DNA of 64,000 bases from Clostridia bacterium (GTDB lineage Bacteria; Bacillota; Clostridia; UBA1212; DUPL01). Below are positions 21,299 to 33,146 of this stretch, piece after piece. Position 1 is the stretch's first letter. Every line of letters begins with the position of its first letter. The notes under the pieces are model-generated. The model did not search any database, was not told where the DNA came from, and worked only from the letters and a program-made list of their open reading frames with translations. The DNA is taken from NCBI GenBank assembly GCA_050951325.1, contig JBMNIW010000009.1:1-64000 (forward strand). The letters are read 5' to 3'. Position numbers and translations under genes: made by a program.

Positions 21299-22780
21299 AT
21301 GAACATAGGATTTGACAATGAACTTTATATCAAGAAACAAACAGAGCACATAAAAGAGAGAATGAGAAAGTTTGGCAACAAGCTTTATTTGGAGTTCGGG
21401 GGGAAACTCTTTGACGATTACCACGCCGCAAGAGTTCTTCCCGGTTTTGATGTAAACGGAAAAATACGTTTGCTGAAGGAGTTCAAAGACAATGCCGAAG
21501 TCATATTCTGCATTAATGCCAATGACATAGAAAAGAGTAAAATAAGGGCGGATATAGGTGTAACTTATGACCAGGACCTTTTCAGACTGGTCGATTCCAT
21601 GAGAGAATCAGGTCTTTATGTAAACAGTGTAGTCATAACCCAGTACAACGGACAACATTCAGCAGACATTTTCAGAAACAAGCTCGAAAGAAGAGGTGTC
21701 AGAACATATATCCACTACCCAATAGCAGGATATCCGGGAAATGTCGACCTAATAGTAAGCGAGCAAGGATATGGAAAGAACGAGTATATTGAAACAACAA
21801 AACCTTTGGTTATAGTAACCGCACCAGGACCCTGCAGCGGAAAACTTGCAACATGTCTGTCCCAACTCTATCATGAGTACAAAAAAGGCAATGTGGCAGG
21901 CTATGCAAAGTTTGAGACCTTCCCCATTTGGAATTTGTCACTTAAGCATCCTGTAAACCTTGCCTATGAAGCTGCAACTGCTGATTTGCAGGATGTGAAT
22001 ATGATTGATCCTTTTCATCTGGATGCTTACGGTCAACTTGCCGTCAACTATAACAGGGACGTGGAAGTTTTCCCGCTTCTTAAGACAATCCTTCAGAAAA
22101 TATCAGGCAAGGACGTATATCTGTCTCCTACCGACATGGGAGTCAACATGGTCGGTTACTGCATAACGGATGACGAGGTTGTGAAAGAAGCATCAAAGCA
22201 GGAAATTATACGCAGATACTACAGAACATGGTGTGACTACAAGTTAGGCAGGATTGATGAGCAGGCTGTTGAGAAAATAGAACTTATCATGAAGCAGTTG
22301 GATTTGAAGAAAGAAGACAGAAATGTGGTCGTTCCTTCATTGGAAAAGGCTGAGGAAAAAAGCTCTCCGGTAATAGCCATAGAAATGCCTGATGGAAAAA
22401 TAATAACCGGAAAAACTTCAAAACTGATGACTGCAGCTGCAAGTTCTGTAATAAATTCAATTAAGTATCTTGCCAACCTGGCTGATGAACTTCTCCTTTT
22501 GTCCCCAATAGTTTTAGAACCCATCCTGAAACTGAAGAAAGAAATTCTCGGCTACAAGAATGGAATACTAAACCTGGAAGAAGTCCTCATAGCCCTCAGC
22601 ATATGCGCTCCAACAAACCCCATGGCGCACGAAGCCTTATCCAACATAAGCAAACTTAAAGGTTGCGAAGCTCACTCAAGTGCTCTGGTAACCAACAGCG
22701 ATGAGCTGGCTTTTAAAAAACTAGGCATAAACCTTACATGCGAACCAATTTTCCCATCAAAAGATCTCTTTTATGTATAA
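21299..22780 (+). CDS. DUF1846 family protein
   Basis: IGFDNELY, LYLEFGGKLFDDYHAARVLPG, APGPCSGK, GYAKFETFP. Confidence 0.9.
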   Translation: MNIGFDNELYIKKQTEHIKERMRKFGNKLYLEFGGKLFDDYHAARVLPGFDVNGKIRLLKEFKDNAEVIFCINANDIEKSKIRADIGVTYDQDLFRLVDSMRESGLYVNSVVITQYNGQHSADIFRNKLERRGVRTYIHYPIAGYPGNVDLIVSEQGYGKNEYIETTKPLVIVTAPGPCSGKLATCLSQLYHEYKKGNVAGYAKFETFPIWNLSLKHPVNLAYEAATADLQDVNMIDPFHLDAYGQLAVNYNRDVEVFPLLKTILQKISGKDVYLSPTDMGVNMVGYCITDDEVVKEASKQEIIRRYYRTWCDYKLGRIDEQAVEKIELIMKQLDLKKEDRNVVVPSLEKAEEKSSPVIAIEMPDGKIITGKTSKLMTAAASSVINSIKYLANLADELLLLSPIVLEPILKLKKEILGYKNGILNLEEVLIALSICAPTNPMAHEALSNISKLKGCEAHSSALVTNSDELAFKKLGINLTCEPIFPSKDLFYV

Positions 22781-22782
22781 AA

Positions 22783-22805
22783 AAACCCCGCACAACGCGG
22801 GGTTT
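22783..22805. terminator. Intrinsic terminator between convergent genes
   Basis: AAACCCCGC-ACAAC-GCGGGGTTT hairpin with flanking A-run. Confidence 0.7.
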
Positions 22806-22820
22806 AAAAATCTATTCAAT

Positions 22821-24860
22821 TTATCCGCATACATAATTGAATCTGCCAAAGGGCGCACAGTCGCCGTCCTTGTAAAAATTCATTACGTCATCCAACGTTA
22901 TGTTGTCTGACCATTTGAACTCAAAGCTTTCATCACCGATGAGTTCCTTTGGCAATACATAGCACATTTTGTTACCTTGTACTGTATACTTGCATGTACC
23001 TTGAACGACCCATGCACTGTCCTTGTATACTTTAACCTTGCCCGCAGAAACAAGGATGTCATAACCTTCCCAACCTGTTTCTTTTGAGCGGTCCTTGTCA
23101 ATCAAGAGACACATCCAGTTTTCTTCAGTGTCCGGTGTAATGTTGTTTGAGCACTCTGCGTAGAAGTAGTAATTGTTGTCATCTTTGGCTACCTTGGCAA
23201 GTACAAAATCGTTTCTTCCCGTATCAATCTTGTAATAGGTATCTCCTATACCAGGATAATCCCTCTTGCTTGCAGTGCCCTTGTGAGCAAAGTATTCAGG
23301 CTTTACATCCTTCCACTCGTCAAAATTCATGACATCAATGGTTTTAACTGTAGGCTTTCTATTTGCAGGCTCCAGTCCTTTGAACCTCCTTATATTTGCA
23401 GCCAGCTGCAGGTAATAAGTATCAAGATATCCATCAATGTCCGGCTCAATATCACGACTGTGTTCCCTGTCATACTGGTCGACAAAAGCTATTTGGGTGC
23501 TGTTTGGATCCAGAACCCATGGCAGTCCAGGGAATTTGCCCATATTCCATTCATTCCATCCCGTTACAAACACAAACTCAGGGTCGATTTCCATTGCATA
23601 ATCCCACTGCTCCTGCAGGTTGTAACCATACATGTAGGAATCCTCTGTAAGCTTTGAGAACCTGTCTTTCAGGGTATAGCTTCTTCCATATGTGTTCTTG
23701 TCATTAAAATGGGTGCATATTCTCCCATCATTTGCATTCTGAGCCACACCTACCGCACACATCTCATAAGTTCCATCTTCCTGTTTTACATATCCATGCA
23801 GCGGTGCTATCTCCAGCCATGCCCAGTCGTCATGCCTTTGAGGTCCGCATCCGTAACCTGGCTGTCCTGGTCTGAAGGTAAAGAATTCCCTAATCTCATT
23901 CAACACCTTTGTATCATACTCGCATTTGCCCTCTTGTGGTATTGATTCAGGATAAGCCATAACCAGCGGCTTGCCCTTCCAATAGAACCACAAATCCTTG
24001 TACTTTCCTGGTTTGTACAAATCCTGATACAGAGACCTTAACATGTTCAATGTACTCTCCATTGGAGCAAAGTTCATAAGAAAAGCAACTTTAGGTACAT
24101 TTATGCCGTCTCTTCTTGCCTTTTCAAACTCTTCCAACAGGGGCATGTAGGATGGTCTCCACAGAAGAGAGCCGTTTGTACAGTCGAATATGATGCAGTC
24201 CACACCAGCATCCGCAAAGTACTGGGCATGCTTTCTAAGTACATAAGGATCGTCATTTCTGTAAAAGCCGTAAAAAGGCTCATTCCAATGAACCATGTCG
24301 TTGTTGGTCCATATTGGATGGTTGATGTCATATTCAGCTTCGGGATGCTCTTTAAGGATCTGGGTCAGATTCCTTGGATTTGCATAAATATTCAAGCACC
24401 TCCAGGTCCAATAGAAAACACCAACAAACTTCTCCCTTTTCTCCCTTACTTCACCTGCTTCCGGAACCTTTCTACCCAGCATGTCGGTAGCAACCATCAG
24501 GTCTGTGTAAGTGCTTCTTATCTCCACCTCATCACTCTTTTCCTCTACATCAAAGGGACTCTCCTCGGTAAACTCAAAGGAGTCAAAATATCCACTTCCA
24601 TTACATACAAAGGACAAATTATGTACGCCTTTGACAAGAGGTATCTCCATTTTGGTATCCTCAAGCACCTTATCCTGGGCAGTGCTTGTAAATGCACAAA
24701 CCGCAATAATCTCATTGTCCACCAAAATGTCCAGAGTACCGGTTCCAATTCTGGTTCTGTAATTCAGGTTGATTCCTCTTTTACCTTCTCCAAAATCCAC
24801 ATTTTCAAATGTTATTGTGTTGTTCTCCTTTTTTGCATCCCAATTTGCAATAAGTTTCAT
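22821..24860 (-). CDS. Putative glycoside hydrolase (N-terminal CBM6-like module + GH99/GH71-like TIM barrel)
   Basis: FENVDFGEG CBM-like start; VGVFYWTW, HWNEPFYGFY, AGVDCIIFD, VTGWNEW, SRDIEP; GGAGGTG RBS. Confidence 0.65.
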   Translation of the reverse strand: MKLIANWDAKKENNTITFENVDFGEGKRGINLNYRTRIGTGTLDILVDNEIIAVCAFTSTAQDKVLEDTKMEIPLVKGVHNLSFVCNGSGYFDSFEFTEESPFDVEEKSDEVEIRSTYTDLMVATDMLGRKVPEAGEVREKREKFVGVFYWTWRCLNIYANPRNLTQILKEHPEAEYDINHPIWTNNDMVHWNEPFYGFYRNDDPYVLRKHAQYFADAGVDCIIFDCTNGSLLWRPSYMPLLEEFEKARRDGINVPKVAFLMNFAPMESTLNMLRSLYQDLYKPGKYKDLWFYWKGKPLVMAYPESIPQEGKCEYDTKVLNEIREFFTFRPGQPGYGCGPQRHDDWAWLEIAPLHGYVKQEDGTYEMCAVGVAQNANDGRICTHFNDKNTYGRSYTLKDRFSKLTEDSYMYGYNLQEQWDYAMEIDPEFVFVTGWNEWNMGKFPGLPWVLDPNSTQIAFVDQYDREHSRDIEPDIDGYLDTYYLQLAANIRRFKGLEPANRKPTVKTIDVMNFDEWKDVKPEYFAHKGTASKRDYPGIGDTYYKIDTGRNDFVLAKVAKDDNNYYFYAECSNNITPDTEENWMCLLIDKDRSKETGWEGYDILVSAGKVKVYKDSAWVVQGTCKYTVQGNKMCYVLPKELIGDESFEFKWSDNITLDDVMNFYKDGDCAPFGRFNYVCG

Positions 24861-25010
24861 AGTACACCTCCATAAAAAATAGAAAGAGAAAGACATAATA
24901 CTCCAAAAACAGAATATATTCTTTCTCTTTCAAATTAGATTGTGATCACACCCCATTTATTTATCACAGGGTGATTATACTACATCCATATTTTATTTCA
25001 ACCCTTATTT

Positions 25011-26132
25011 CTACTTTTTACGACCAAAAAAAGACCTTCTCCCATTGGAACTGTTTCCAGTAATGGAAGCCTGCAGCTGTCTTAGAAGATCTTTTTGAGT
25101 TTCATTCAACTTCTTTGGAATGGCAACTGAAACCCTTACAATCTGATCCCCACGGCCAGAAGAATGAAGTTTGGGTATTCCCTTTCCTTTAAGCTTGAAA
25201 GAAACTCCTGGTTGTGTGCCTTCAGGAATTGTAAGTTCAACCTTTCCATCCAGGGTGTCAACCACAATAACATCTCCCAAAGCAGCCTGTATCATATCAA
25301 TGGTAACATCCAGATAAACGTCAAACCCTTCCCTTCTTAGAAGTTTGTGTCTCTGTACTCTTATTGATATGATTAAATCTCCTGGAGGGCCTCCTTTTGA
25401 ACCCGGTTCACCCTGGCCGGACATGGATATAGCCTGGCCATGGTCTATTCCCGCAGGTACCTTCACCTTAATAGTAACATTCTTTCTTACCTTGCCGTTA
25501 CCGGAACAAACAGTACAAGGGTCCGTAACAGTTTTGCCTGTACCGCCGCACTTGTCGCAAGTCCGAACATTTACAAACGAACCAAAAGGTGTCGCCTGTT
25601 TGACTCTTACCTGTCCTGAACCTCCGCAGTTAGTACAACTGCTGGTAGATTTGGATTTTGAACCTGTTCCTTCACAAGTACTGCAGCTTACGTACTTGTT
25701 GACAGAGACATCCTTTTCCGTACCAAAAGCCGCTTCCTCAAAAGTTATGGTCATGGTCGTTCTTATGTCAGCACCTTTTACGGGTCCCCTTGACTGCCTG
25801 GAGCCAAACCCTGTGCCGAAAAAGTCAAAAATGTCATCAAGTCCACCAAAACCAAATCCTCCGAAGTCAAAACCTCCAAAACCGCCGCCTGCAGCGCTGT
25901 TGGGGTCGAAAGCAGCATGACCAAACCTGTCATACTGGGCTCTCTTTTCAGAGTCGGACAGGACTTCGTAAGCTTCGGTTGCTTCCTTGAACTTTGCTTC
26001 CGCTTCTTTGTTATCAGGATTTACGTCCGGATGGTATTTCTTTGCAAGTTTTCTATATGCTTTTTTTATTTCATCAGTGCTGGCATCCCTACTCACGCCA
26101 AGCACTTCGTAGTAATCTCTCTTTGTGCTCAT
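25011..26132 (-). CDS. dnaJ: Chaperone DnaJ
   Basis: J-domain HPD, G/F region, four CxxCxGxG repeats. Confidence 0.98.
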   Translation of the reverse strand: MSTKRDYYEVLGVSRDASTDEIKKAYRKLAKKYHPDVNPDNKEAEAKFKEATEAYEVLSDSEKRAQYDRFGHAAFDPNSAAGGGFGGFDFGGFGFGGLDDIFDFFGTGFGSRQSRGPVKGADIRTTMTITFEEAAFGTEKDVSVNKYVSCSTCEGTGSKSKSTSSCTNCGGSGQVRVKQATPFGSFVNVRTCDKCGGTGKTVTDPCTVCSGNGKVRKNVTIKVKVPAGIDHGQAISMSGQGEPGSKGGPPGDLIISIRVQRHKLLRREGFDVYLDVTIDMIQAALGDVIVVDTLDGKVELTIPEGTQPGVSFKLKGKGIPKLHSSGRGDQIVRVSVAIPKKLNETQKDLLRQLQASITGNSSNGRRSFFGRKK

Positions 26133-26171
26133 CCATATCTCCCTTTTTGAGTGTCCTTGTCAAACACAACA

Positions 26172-26206
26172 ATATCTTTGCCACCAAATCCTGGCGGCAA
26201 AGATAT
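26172..26206 (-). terminator. Intercistronic stem-loop between dnaK and dnaJ
   Basis: ATATCTTTGCCGCCA...TGGTGGCAAAGATAT inverted repeat. Confidence 0.55.
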
Positions 26207-26244
26207 ATTATACATTACACTTGCTTTAAAAACAACTTCATCAG

Positions 26245-28122
<1,878 letters not shown>

Positions 28123-28158
28123 TTATTCAAATTATATAATCAAATGCATTAAACAATG

Positions 28159-28767
28159 CTAATTTGCCACTTTTACCATACTGTAGCGTATAACTCTTTC
28201 ATTGAGTTTGTATCCCTTTTGAAAAACCTCAACAATCTCATTTGCACTGGCGTTCTCATCCTCCACATGCATTACAGCATTATGCAAGTCTGGATTGAAC
28301 TTCTCACCTAAAGCCTTAATCTCTTCCACACCCATGGAAGCCAGAATATCAATAAGCTGTTTGTATATTAGTTCGACACCTTGCTTGTAAGAAACACAAC
28401 TGTCACACACACCCGTTTCCAGAGCTCTTTCGAAGTTGTCAATAACGGGCAAAATGTTCTTTACAGTGTCACATTTAGCATCCAAATAAATATTATCCAT
28501 TTCTCTGGATGTTCTCTTCTTGTAGTTGTCAAACTCGGCAGCCATCCTGAGCATTTTATCCTTCATCTCGCTGCACGCTGCATTCATGTCTTCCAGCTGC
28601 TTCTTAAGCTGTGTCCTTTCTTCGTCTTCAGTGTCCATTTTCTTCTCCATTTCCTCGATTTCTTCTTCCTGTCCAATGGATGTGGTATTATCGCAAACTT
28701 CATCCTCCACCTTTTCCTGAATTTCCTCATTTTCCAATTCAGGATTAATATTTACATCCTCAGCCAT
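28159..28767 (-). CDS. grpE: Nucleotide exchange factor GrpE
   Basis: AEFDNYKKR, FNPDLHNAV, QKGYKL..RVIRYSMVKV. Confidence 0.96.
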   Translation of the reverse strand: MAEDVNINPELENEEIQEKVEDEVCDNTTSIGQEEEIEEMEKKMDTEDEERTQLKKQLEDMNAACSEMKDKMLRMAAEFDNYKKRTSREMDNIYLDAKCDTVKNILPVIDNFERALETGVCDSCVSYKQGVELIYKQLIDILASMGVEEIKALGEKFNPDLHNAVMHVEDENASANEIVEVFQKGYKLNERVIRYSMVKVAN

Positions 28768-28807
28768 TATATACCCTCCTGTAAAAAATATAATCTATAT
28801 CACTGCA

Positions 28808-29869
28808 TCAAGAACCTTCAAGTCTATGCGGCATGTCTTGATTCAGTTTCTTTCTAATATATTCAAGAGATGATATAACTTTCTGGTAGTCCATTCTGGT
28901 TGGCCCCAGCACCCCTATTGTTCCAAGTTCCACATCATTGATTCTATAAGTAGCGGTGACTATTGAGCAGTCGCTGATTTCATCAAAATCATTCTCCTGG
29001 CCTATCCTTACCATAAGTCCTCCAGCTTCAGCTGACTTTTTCAAAAGCTGGACCACAATATCTGTGTCGTGAACCACTTCCAGTACGGCTTTAGCCCTGT
29101 TTACATCAAAAAATTCAGGATGCATCAGTAAATTGGAAGCACCTTCAGTATACAGTTCAACTTCCTCAGCATGCTGTAAACAATCAATTATACCGTCCAC
29201 CAATGGGAGAATCAAATGTCTGTCCATACAGGACTCTTTAACTATCTCGTTTACAATAATTACACTTATACCTTCAGCCCGGCATCCGCTCAGTTTCCTG
29301 TCAAGTATGTTTGACAACCTGACTATTGTATCTAGTTCTATGGAGTAATCTATGTTAACTATCTTGTTTCTAACCAGGTCATTGCCCAAAACTACAACAA
29401 CCAATGCTCGGCCTTTTTCAATAGGTACTACCTGGCATGCCTTTATTATTGAACTCCTGGTCTTGTACTTCATCGAAAAGGACGTATACTGGGTCGCTTT
29501 CGATATTAACTTCGTCATGACTTTTATAATCTGTCCCAGTTCGTTGATTCTTTGTTCATAATAGTTGAGCAGTCTATTGTACTCGCTGAATTTGCTTTCA
29601 TCTATCTCAATCAGGTGGTCAACATATATCCTGTAGCCCTTGTCGGAGGGAACTCTTCCAGCAGAAGAATACGGTTGCGATAAATATCCCATATCTTCAA
29701 GGTCCGCCATTTCATTCCTGATAGTTGCGGAACTTAGGCCAACTTCATACTTTTTGGCAATGGTTCGTGACCCGACTGGTTCCATGCTTTGGATATAGTC
29801 GTCAACTATCGCTTTCAGTATACGCATTTTCCTTGGAGCAAGTTCCTCATAGCTCATTTCATCACCCAC
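28808..29869 (-). CDS. hrcA: Heat-inducible transcription repressor HrcA
   Basis: EPVGSRTI, SSATIRNEMADLE, SAGRVPSDKGYR, GPTRMDY. Confidence 0.96.
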   Translation of the reverse strand: MGDEMSYEELAPRKMRILKAIVDDYIQSMEPVGSRTIAKKYEVGLSSATIRNEMADLEDMGYLSQPYSSAGRVPSDKGYRIYVDHLIEIDESKFSEYNRLLNYYEQRINELGQIIKVMTKLISKATQYTSFSMKYKTRSSIIKACQVVPIEKGRALVVVVLGNDLVRNKIVNIDYSIELDTIVRLSNILDRKLSGCRAEGISVIIVNEIVKESCMDRHLILPLVDGIIDCLQHAEEVELYTEGASNLLMHPEFFDVNRAKAVLEVVHDTDIVVQLLKKSAEAGGLMVRIGQENDFDEISDCSIVTATYRINDVELGTIGVLGPTRMDYQKVISSLEYIRKKLNQDMPHRLEGS

Positions 29870-29884
29870 TTTCTTTTCATGTTG

Positions 29885-29911
29885 TTAGCACTCACCTATA
29901 ATGAGTGCTAA
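29885..29911. promoter_or_regulatory. CIRCE element (HrcA operator)
   Basis: Perfect TTAGCACTC-N9-GAGTGCTAA. Confidence 0.97.
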
Positions 29912-29919
29912 TCATAAGT

Positions 29920-29948
29920 AATATAACACTGTATATAAGTTTTGTCAA
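29920..29948 (-). promoter_or_regulatory. SigmaA promoter of the hrcA-grpE-dnaK-dnaJ operon
   Basis: TTGACA-17-TATATT with extended TG, directly upstream of CIRCE. Confidence 0.8.
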
Positions 29949-29958
29949 CAGAATTTGT

Positions 29959-31104
29959 CTATTCGACAAGATCACAAACCACTACTCTATTCTTTCCTAA
30001 TTGTTTTGCACGATACAGGGCTTTGTCCGCAGAACAGAAATAATGTTTTTCACTTTTACCCTTGGTCAGTTTGCACATGCCAATACTTGATGTGAGATGC
30101 ATCTCTTTTGATTCAACGATAAATATGTTTTCCATGATTAGTTTTCTTAAATTCTCAGCATAGGCATATCCTTCTTCAAGAGTTGTTGATGGCATTAGAA
30201 GTATAAACTCTTCACCGCCAAACCTGGCGATATAATCCGTCTCACGGAGATTTGAGCGAAGAAGCTTTGCAAATTGTCTAAGCACATCATCTCCAGCAAG
30301 ATGACCATAGGTATCATTTACAGTCTTGAAGTCATCGATATCCATAAGCACAAGAACCGATTCATAGCCTTCCTTTCTCATCATGGAAAACTCATGTTCC
30401 ACAAGCTTGTCAAACATTCTTCTGTTTGGCAAATCCGTAAGGCTATCATGATAAGCCATCTGCTCCAGTTGAATGTTCTGCTTTTCAATATATCTCTTCT
30501 GCACTATATTTATATAGTTATAATGCCAAAGTATCACGCTGGTAAACAAACCAAGAGCTACTGCAGTTATTCCGTTCACCCTGTTTGACAAAAGAATGTC
30601 CGCGTCATTTATGTAAATACCAATAAGAGTATAGTAAGCCAAATACGAAAATAGAAAAATCAGTACAGAAATTGCCGGCCTTATTAAAAACACAATACCA
30701 ACAACCACACAAGATAATATGAATGGAGTGATGTTTGAAGTTATAACCTGATCAAAAACAGTTATAACTATGCCACCCATCATGATGACCGCAATCGAAA
30801 TATATAAAAGTATATACATTGTAAATCTTGATCTTGATTCCCTTCTCAGTTTGGCGGTTATTAAATACATTGCTATCATAAATAACAGCATCGTCAAATG
30901 GGATAAAATGATTCCTACTTCCCAGGTTATTGGTGATTCCTCTCCCGAATTACCAAACTTAATCAACAAAACATCAATCAGACTCATGATCATGGAGATT
31001 ATCGAAAGATAATAAATTCTGTTAATATTCTGTACCAGGCTTTCTTCAATTACCGTGTTGTATGATGCGTACAATTCTCTAGCTCTTCTACCAATTTTCT
31101 TCAT
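29959..31104 (-). CDS. Membrane-bound diguanylate cyclase
   Basis: About 6 TM helices, DSLTDLPNRR, RETD I-site, RFGGEEF. Confidence 0.92.
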   Translation of the reverse strand: MKKIGRRARELYASYNTVIEESLVQNINRIYYLSIISMIMSLIDVLLIKFGNSGEESPITWEVGIILSHLTMLLFMIAMYLITAKLRRESRSRFTMYILLYISIAVIMMGGIVITVFDQVITSNITPFILSCVVVGIVFLIRPAISVLIFLFSYLAYYTLIGIYINDADILLSNRVNGITAVALGLFTSVILWHYNYINIVQKRYIEKQNIQLEQMAYHDSLTDLPNRRMFDKLVEHEFSMMRKEGYESVLVLMDIDDFKTVNDTYGHLAGDDVLRQFAKLLRSNLRETDYIARFGGEEFILLMPSTTLEEGYAYAENLRKLIMENIFIVESKEMHLTSSIGMCKLTKGKSEKHYFCSADKALYRAKQLGKNRVVVCDLVE

Positions 31105-31324
31105 CTATATCACCATTTTTCTTTTATCTAATTAGCTCATATTACCATATAGAAATAATAATGTCATTAGATTATTAGTGCTAAGAGGGAGCATGCCCCG
31201 CAAACAACAATATAATAAACCATATGCATTTGTTATAATCAATAAGTCAAGAAATTTAGCAAAACAAAGATATTTAAAGCAAGACAGAGGAAAACAAAGA
31301 TATATGACAGCATTGAGCTTTAAA

Positions 31325-31409
31325 GGTCAAATATGGTCAAATTTTAAACTTGCGTTAGTAAGAATGACCTACTATAATAAAGTCAGACCAAAGGTCAAAG
31401 AAAGTCAAA
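31325..31409 (+). promoter_or_regulatory. Two CtsR operators flanking the sigmaA promoter of the hsp20 genes
   Basis: GGTCAAA-TAT-GGTCAAA (31325-31341) and GGTCAAA-GAA-AGTCAAA (31393-31409); TTGCGT-17-TATAAT at 31350-31378. Confidence 0.88.
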
Positions 31410-31431
31410 GACAAATAGGAGGTAATAAAGA

Positions 31432-31830
31432 ATGTTAGGTTTGGAATTAATCCGTAAGAATATATTTGAAGACCCCTTCTTCTCAGACTTCTTCAGATTT
31501 GAGGAATGCGACAGTGAATTGAAGGTGGACATAGTTGACAATGAAAAAGATTATACCTTGTACGCCGACATACCTGGCGTTGACAAGAAAGATGTGGACC
31601 TTAAGATCTCCAATGATGGAGTACTCATAATTGAAGTAAATCAGAAGGAAGACAACGGCAGAAAGTTTCTTAGAAAGGAACGGACTGTCAGAAAACTGAA
31701 AAGAAGTTTTGCATTTGATGGAATCAAAACTGATGGTGTGGAAGCATCAGTGGAGAATGGAGTCTTGACTGCCAAACTTCCCAAAGTTGATATTAGCGTC
31801 AACAATGAGAGAAACATAGAAATAAAATAG
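31432..31830 (+). CDS. Hsp20/alpha-crystallin small heat-shock protein
   Basis: VDIVD, ADIPGVDKKDV, ASVENGVLTAKLPK. Confidence 0.92.
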   Translation: MLGLELIRKNIFEDPFFSDFFRFEECDSELKVDIVDNEKDYTLYADIPGVDKKDVDLKISNDGVLIIEVNQKEDNGRKFLRKERTVRKLKRSFAFDGIKTDGVEASVENGVLTAKLPKVDISVNNERNIEIK

Positions 31831-31879
31831 CGAGATATAATATGAATAATAAACAAAAGATTTAAAGGAGGAATGCATT

Positions 31880-32299
31880 ATGAGTTTGATACCTTTCAGA
31901 AACCATAGATTGACAAATTTTGAGCCATTCTTTGATTCATTTATGAAACCTTTCTTTAGCGATGGATTCTTCTCAAATGACATGAGAATCGACATCGCAG
32001 AGAATGAGAAAGAGTATGTTTTGAAAGCTGAATTGCCAGGAGTTGACCAGAAAGACATAGACATCCTCGTCAGGGACAACGTCTTGACAATATCAGCCAA
32101 GAGAAATGAGGAAAAAAACGAACAGCGCGGCAATTACATTAGAAAGGAAAGATTCTCAGGAACCGTAGCAAGAAGCTTTACCCTGGATGGCATCGACGAT
32201 TCAAATATCGAAGCTTCCTTTGACAAGGGAATACTTACCCTTACACTGCCAAAACACGAAGAAAGCAATCCATCATTTAGACGAATTGAACTTAAATAA
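31880..32299 (+). CDS. Hsp20/alpha-crystallin small heat-shock protein
   Basis: AELPGVDQKDI, RKERFSG, ASFDKGILTLTLPK. Confidence 0.94.
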   Translation: MSLIPFRNHRLTNFEPFFDSFMKPFFSDGFFSNDMRIDIAENEKEYVLKAELPGVDQKDIDILVRDNVLTISAKRNEEKNEQRGNYIRKERFSGTVARSFTLDGIDDSNIEASFDKGILTLTLPKHEESNPSFRRIELK

Positions 32300-32328
32300 A
32301 GCGGCGGCCAGAAATGGCCGCTTCTTTA
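32300..32328. terminator. Terminator between hsp20 and convergent pyr operon
   Basis: GCGGCCA-GAAA-TGGCCGC hairpin followed by TTCTTT. Confidence 0.6.
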
Positions 32329-33132
32329 GTTATAATATCCTTTTTCAATACACAACAAAGCCCTTTGTCTTGTTCTTTCATCACTGTTTAAAGCTTTGTC
32401 AAGAAAATCAGGATTGTTTTTAATAAATCTTTTCATTGAATCATCCGGATCTTCAATGTATTCAAGAATCATATGGTACTGTTTTTCGTCAACAAGCCTT
32501 TTCTCATATAACTCTCTCATCATATATCCATCCACACTAACAAGCGAATGAACATTTACACCCTTTTCCCTTAACAGAGCGTTGCCGCCTTGATTTCTAT
32601 TTACACAAACAACCGTGTCCGTCATCTGTATACCCATCCCTTCCAGAACAGGAATCCAGGACCTTTCATAGCTTGAACCTTCCGTAATCAAATCCGCCAC
32701 ATGCAGACACTTTCCCCCATTAACAGCAGGAAAGGACGTGTTATCCTTGAAAAGATAAATATGTTTCTTGTTTAATAGAAAAGCACACATTATTGAAAAG
32801 AACCAGTCTCTTCTTTCTCCACCTGAAACATATGATATGCCATCCACATCCACATTCTTCTTAATTAAACCAACTAGAGTATCAATGGTTTTCCTATAAA
32901 CTCCATTTTCTTCATACTGCTTTTTAACCCTGTCCTCAAGCATTTTGATTAAAGATCTTCTGTCATTCTTTAAAGAATCAATATCAGTCAGTAGCTTTCC
33001 GGCACTTTCTTCGCTTCCAAACAAATAATGGGTGTTGATATAAAATGGGCCAATCTTTCCTGACGTGTACCAAAAAGGGCTGTTCCCAGACGAAACCTTA
33101 AAAGCATTCGTTTTCATCAAAAGTTCAAGCAT
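32326..33132 (-). CDS. pyrE: Orotate phosphoribosyltransferase (atypical long form)
   Basis: YTSGKIGPFYIN, PRPP loop VADLITEGSS; last gene of the pyr operon. Confidence 0.75.
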   Translation of the reverse strand: MLELLMKTNAFKVSSGNSPFWYTSGKIGPFYINTHYLFGSEESAGKLLTDIDSLKNDRRSLIKMLEDRVKKQYEENGVYRKTIDTLVGLIKKNVDVDGISYVSGGERRDWFFSIMCAFLLNKKHIYLFKDNTSFPAVNGGKCLHVADLITEGSSYERSWIPVLEGMGIQMTDTVVCVNRNQGGNALLREKGVNVHSLVSVDGYMMRELYEKRLVDEKQYHMILEYIEDPDDSMKRFIKNNPDFLDKALNSDERTRQRALLCIEKGYYN

Positions 33133-33146
33133 ACAAATCTCCTTCC

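Noticed and set aside
24228-25920. Long antisense ORFs (24228-24875, 25345-25920; similarly 37981-38580, 50436-51107, 52545-53261)
   Set aside because: Shadow ORFs opposite well-conserved genes, with no RBS or recognisable motifs.
31175-31184. TTAGTGCTAA as a second CIRCE
   Set aside because: Only a half-site; no matching arm at 9-nt spacing.
31178-31438. 86-aa ORF upstream of hsp20
   Set aside because: No RBS; runs across the promoter and CtsR operators, so likely spurious.
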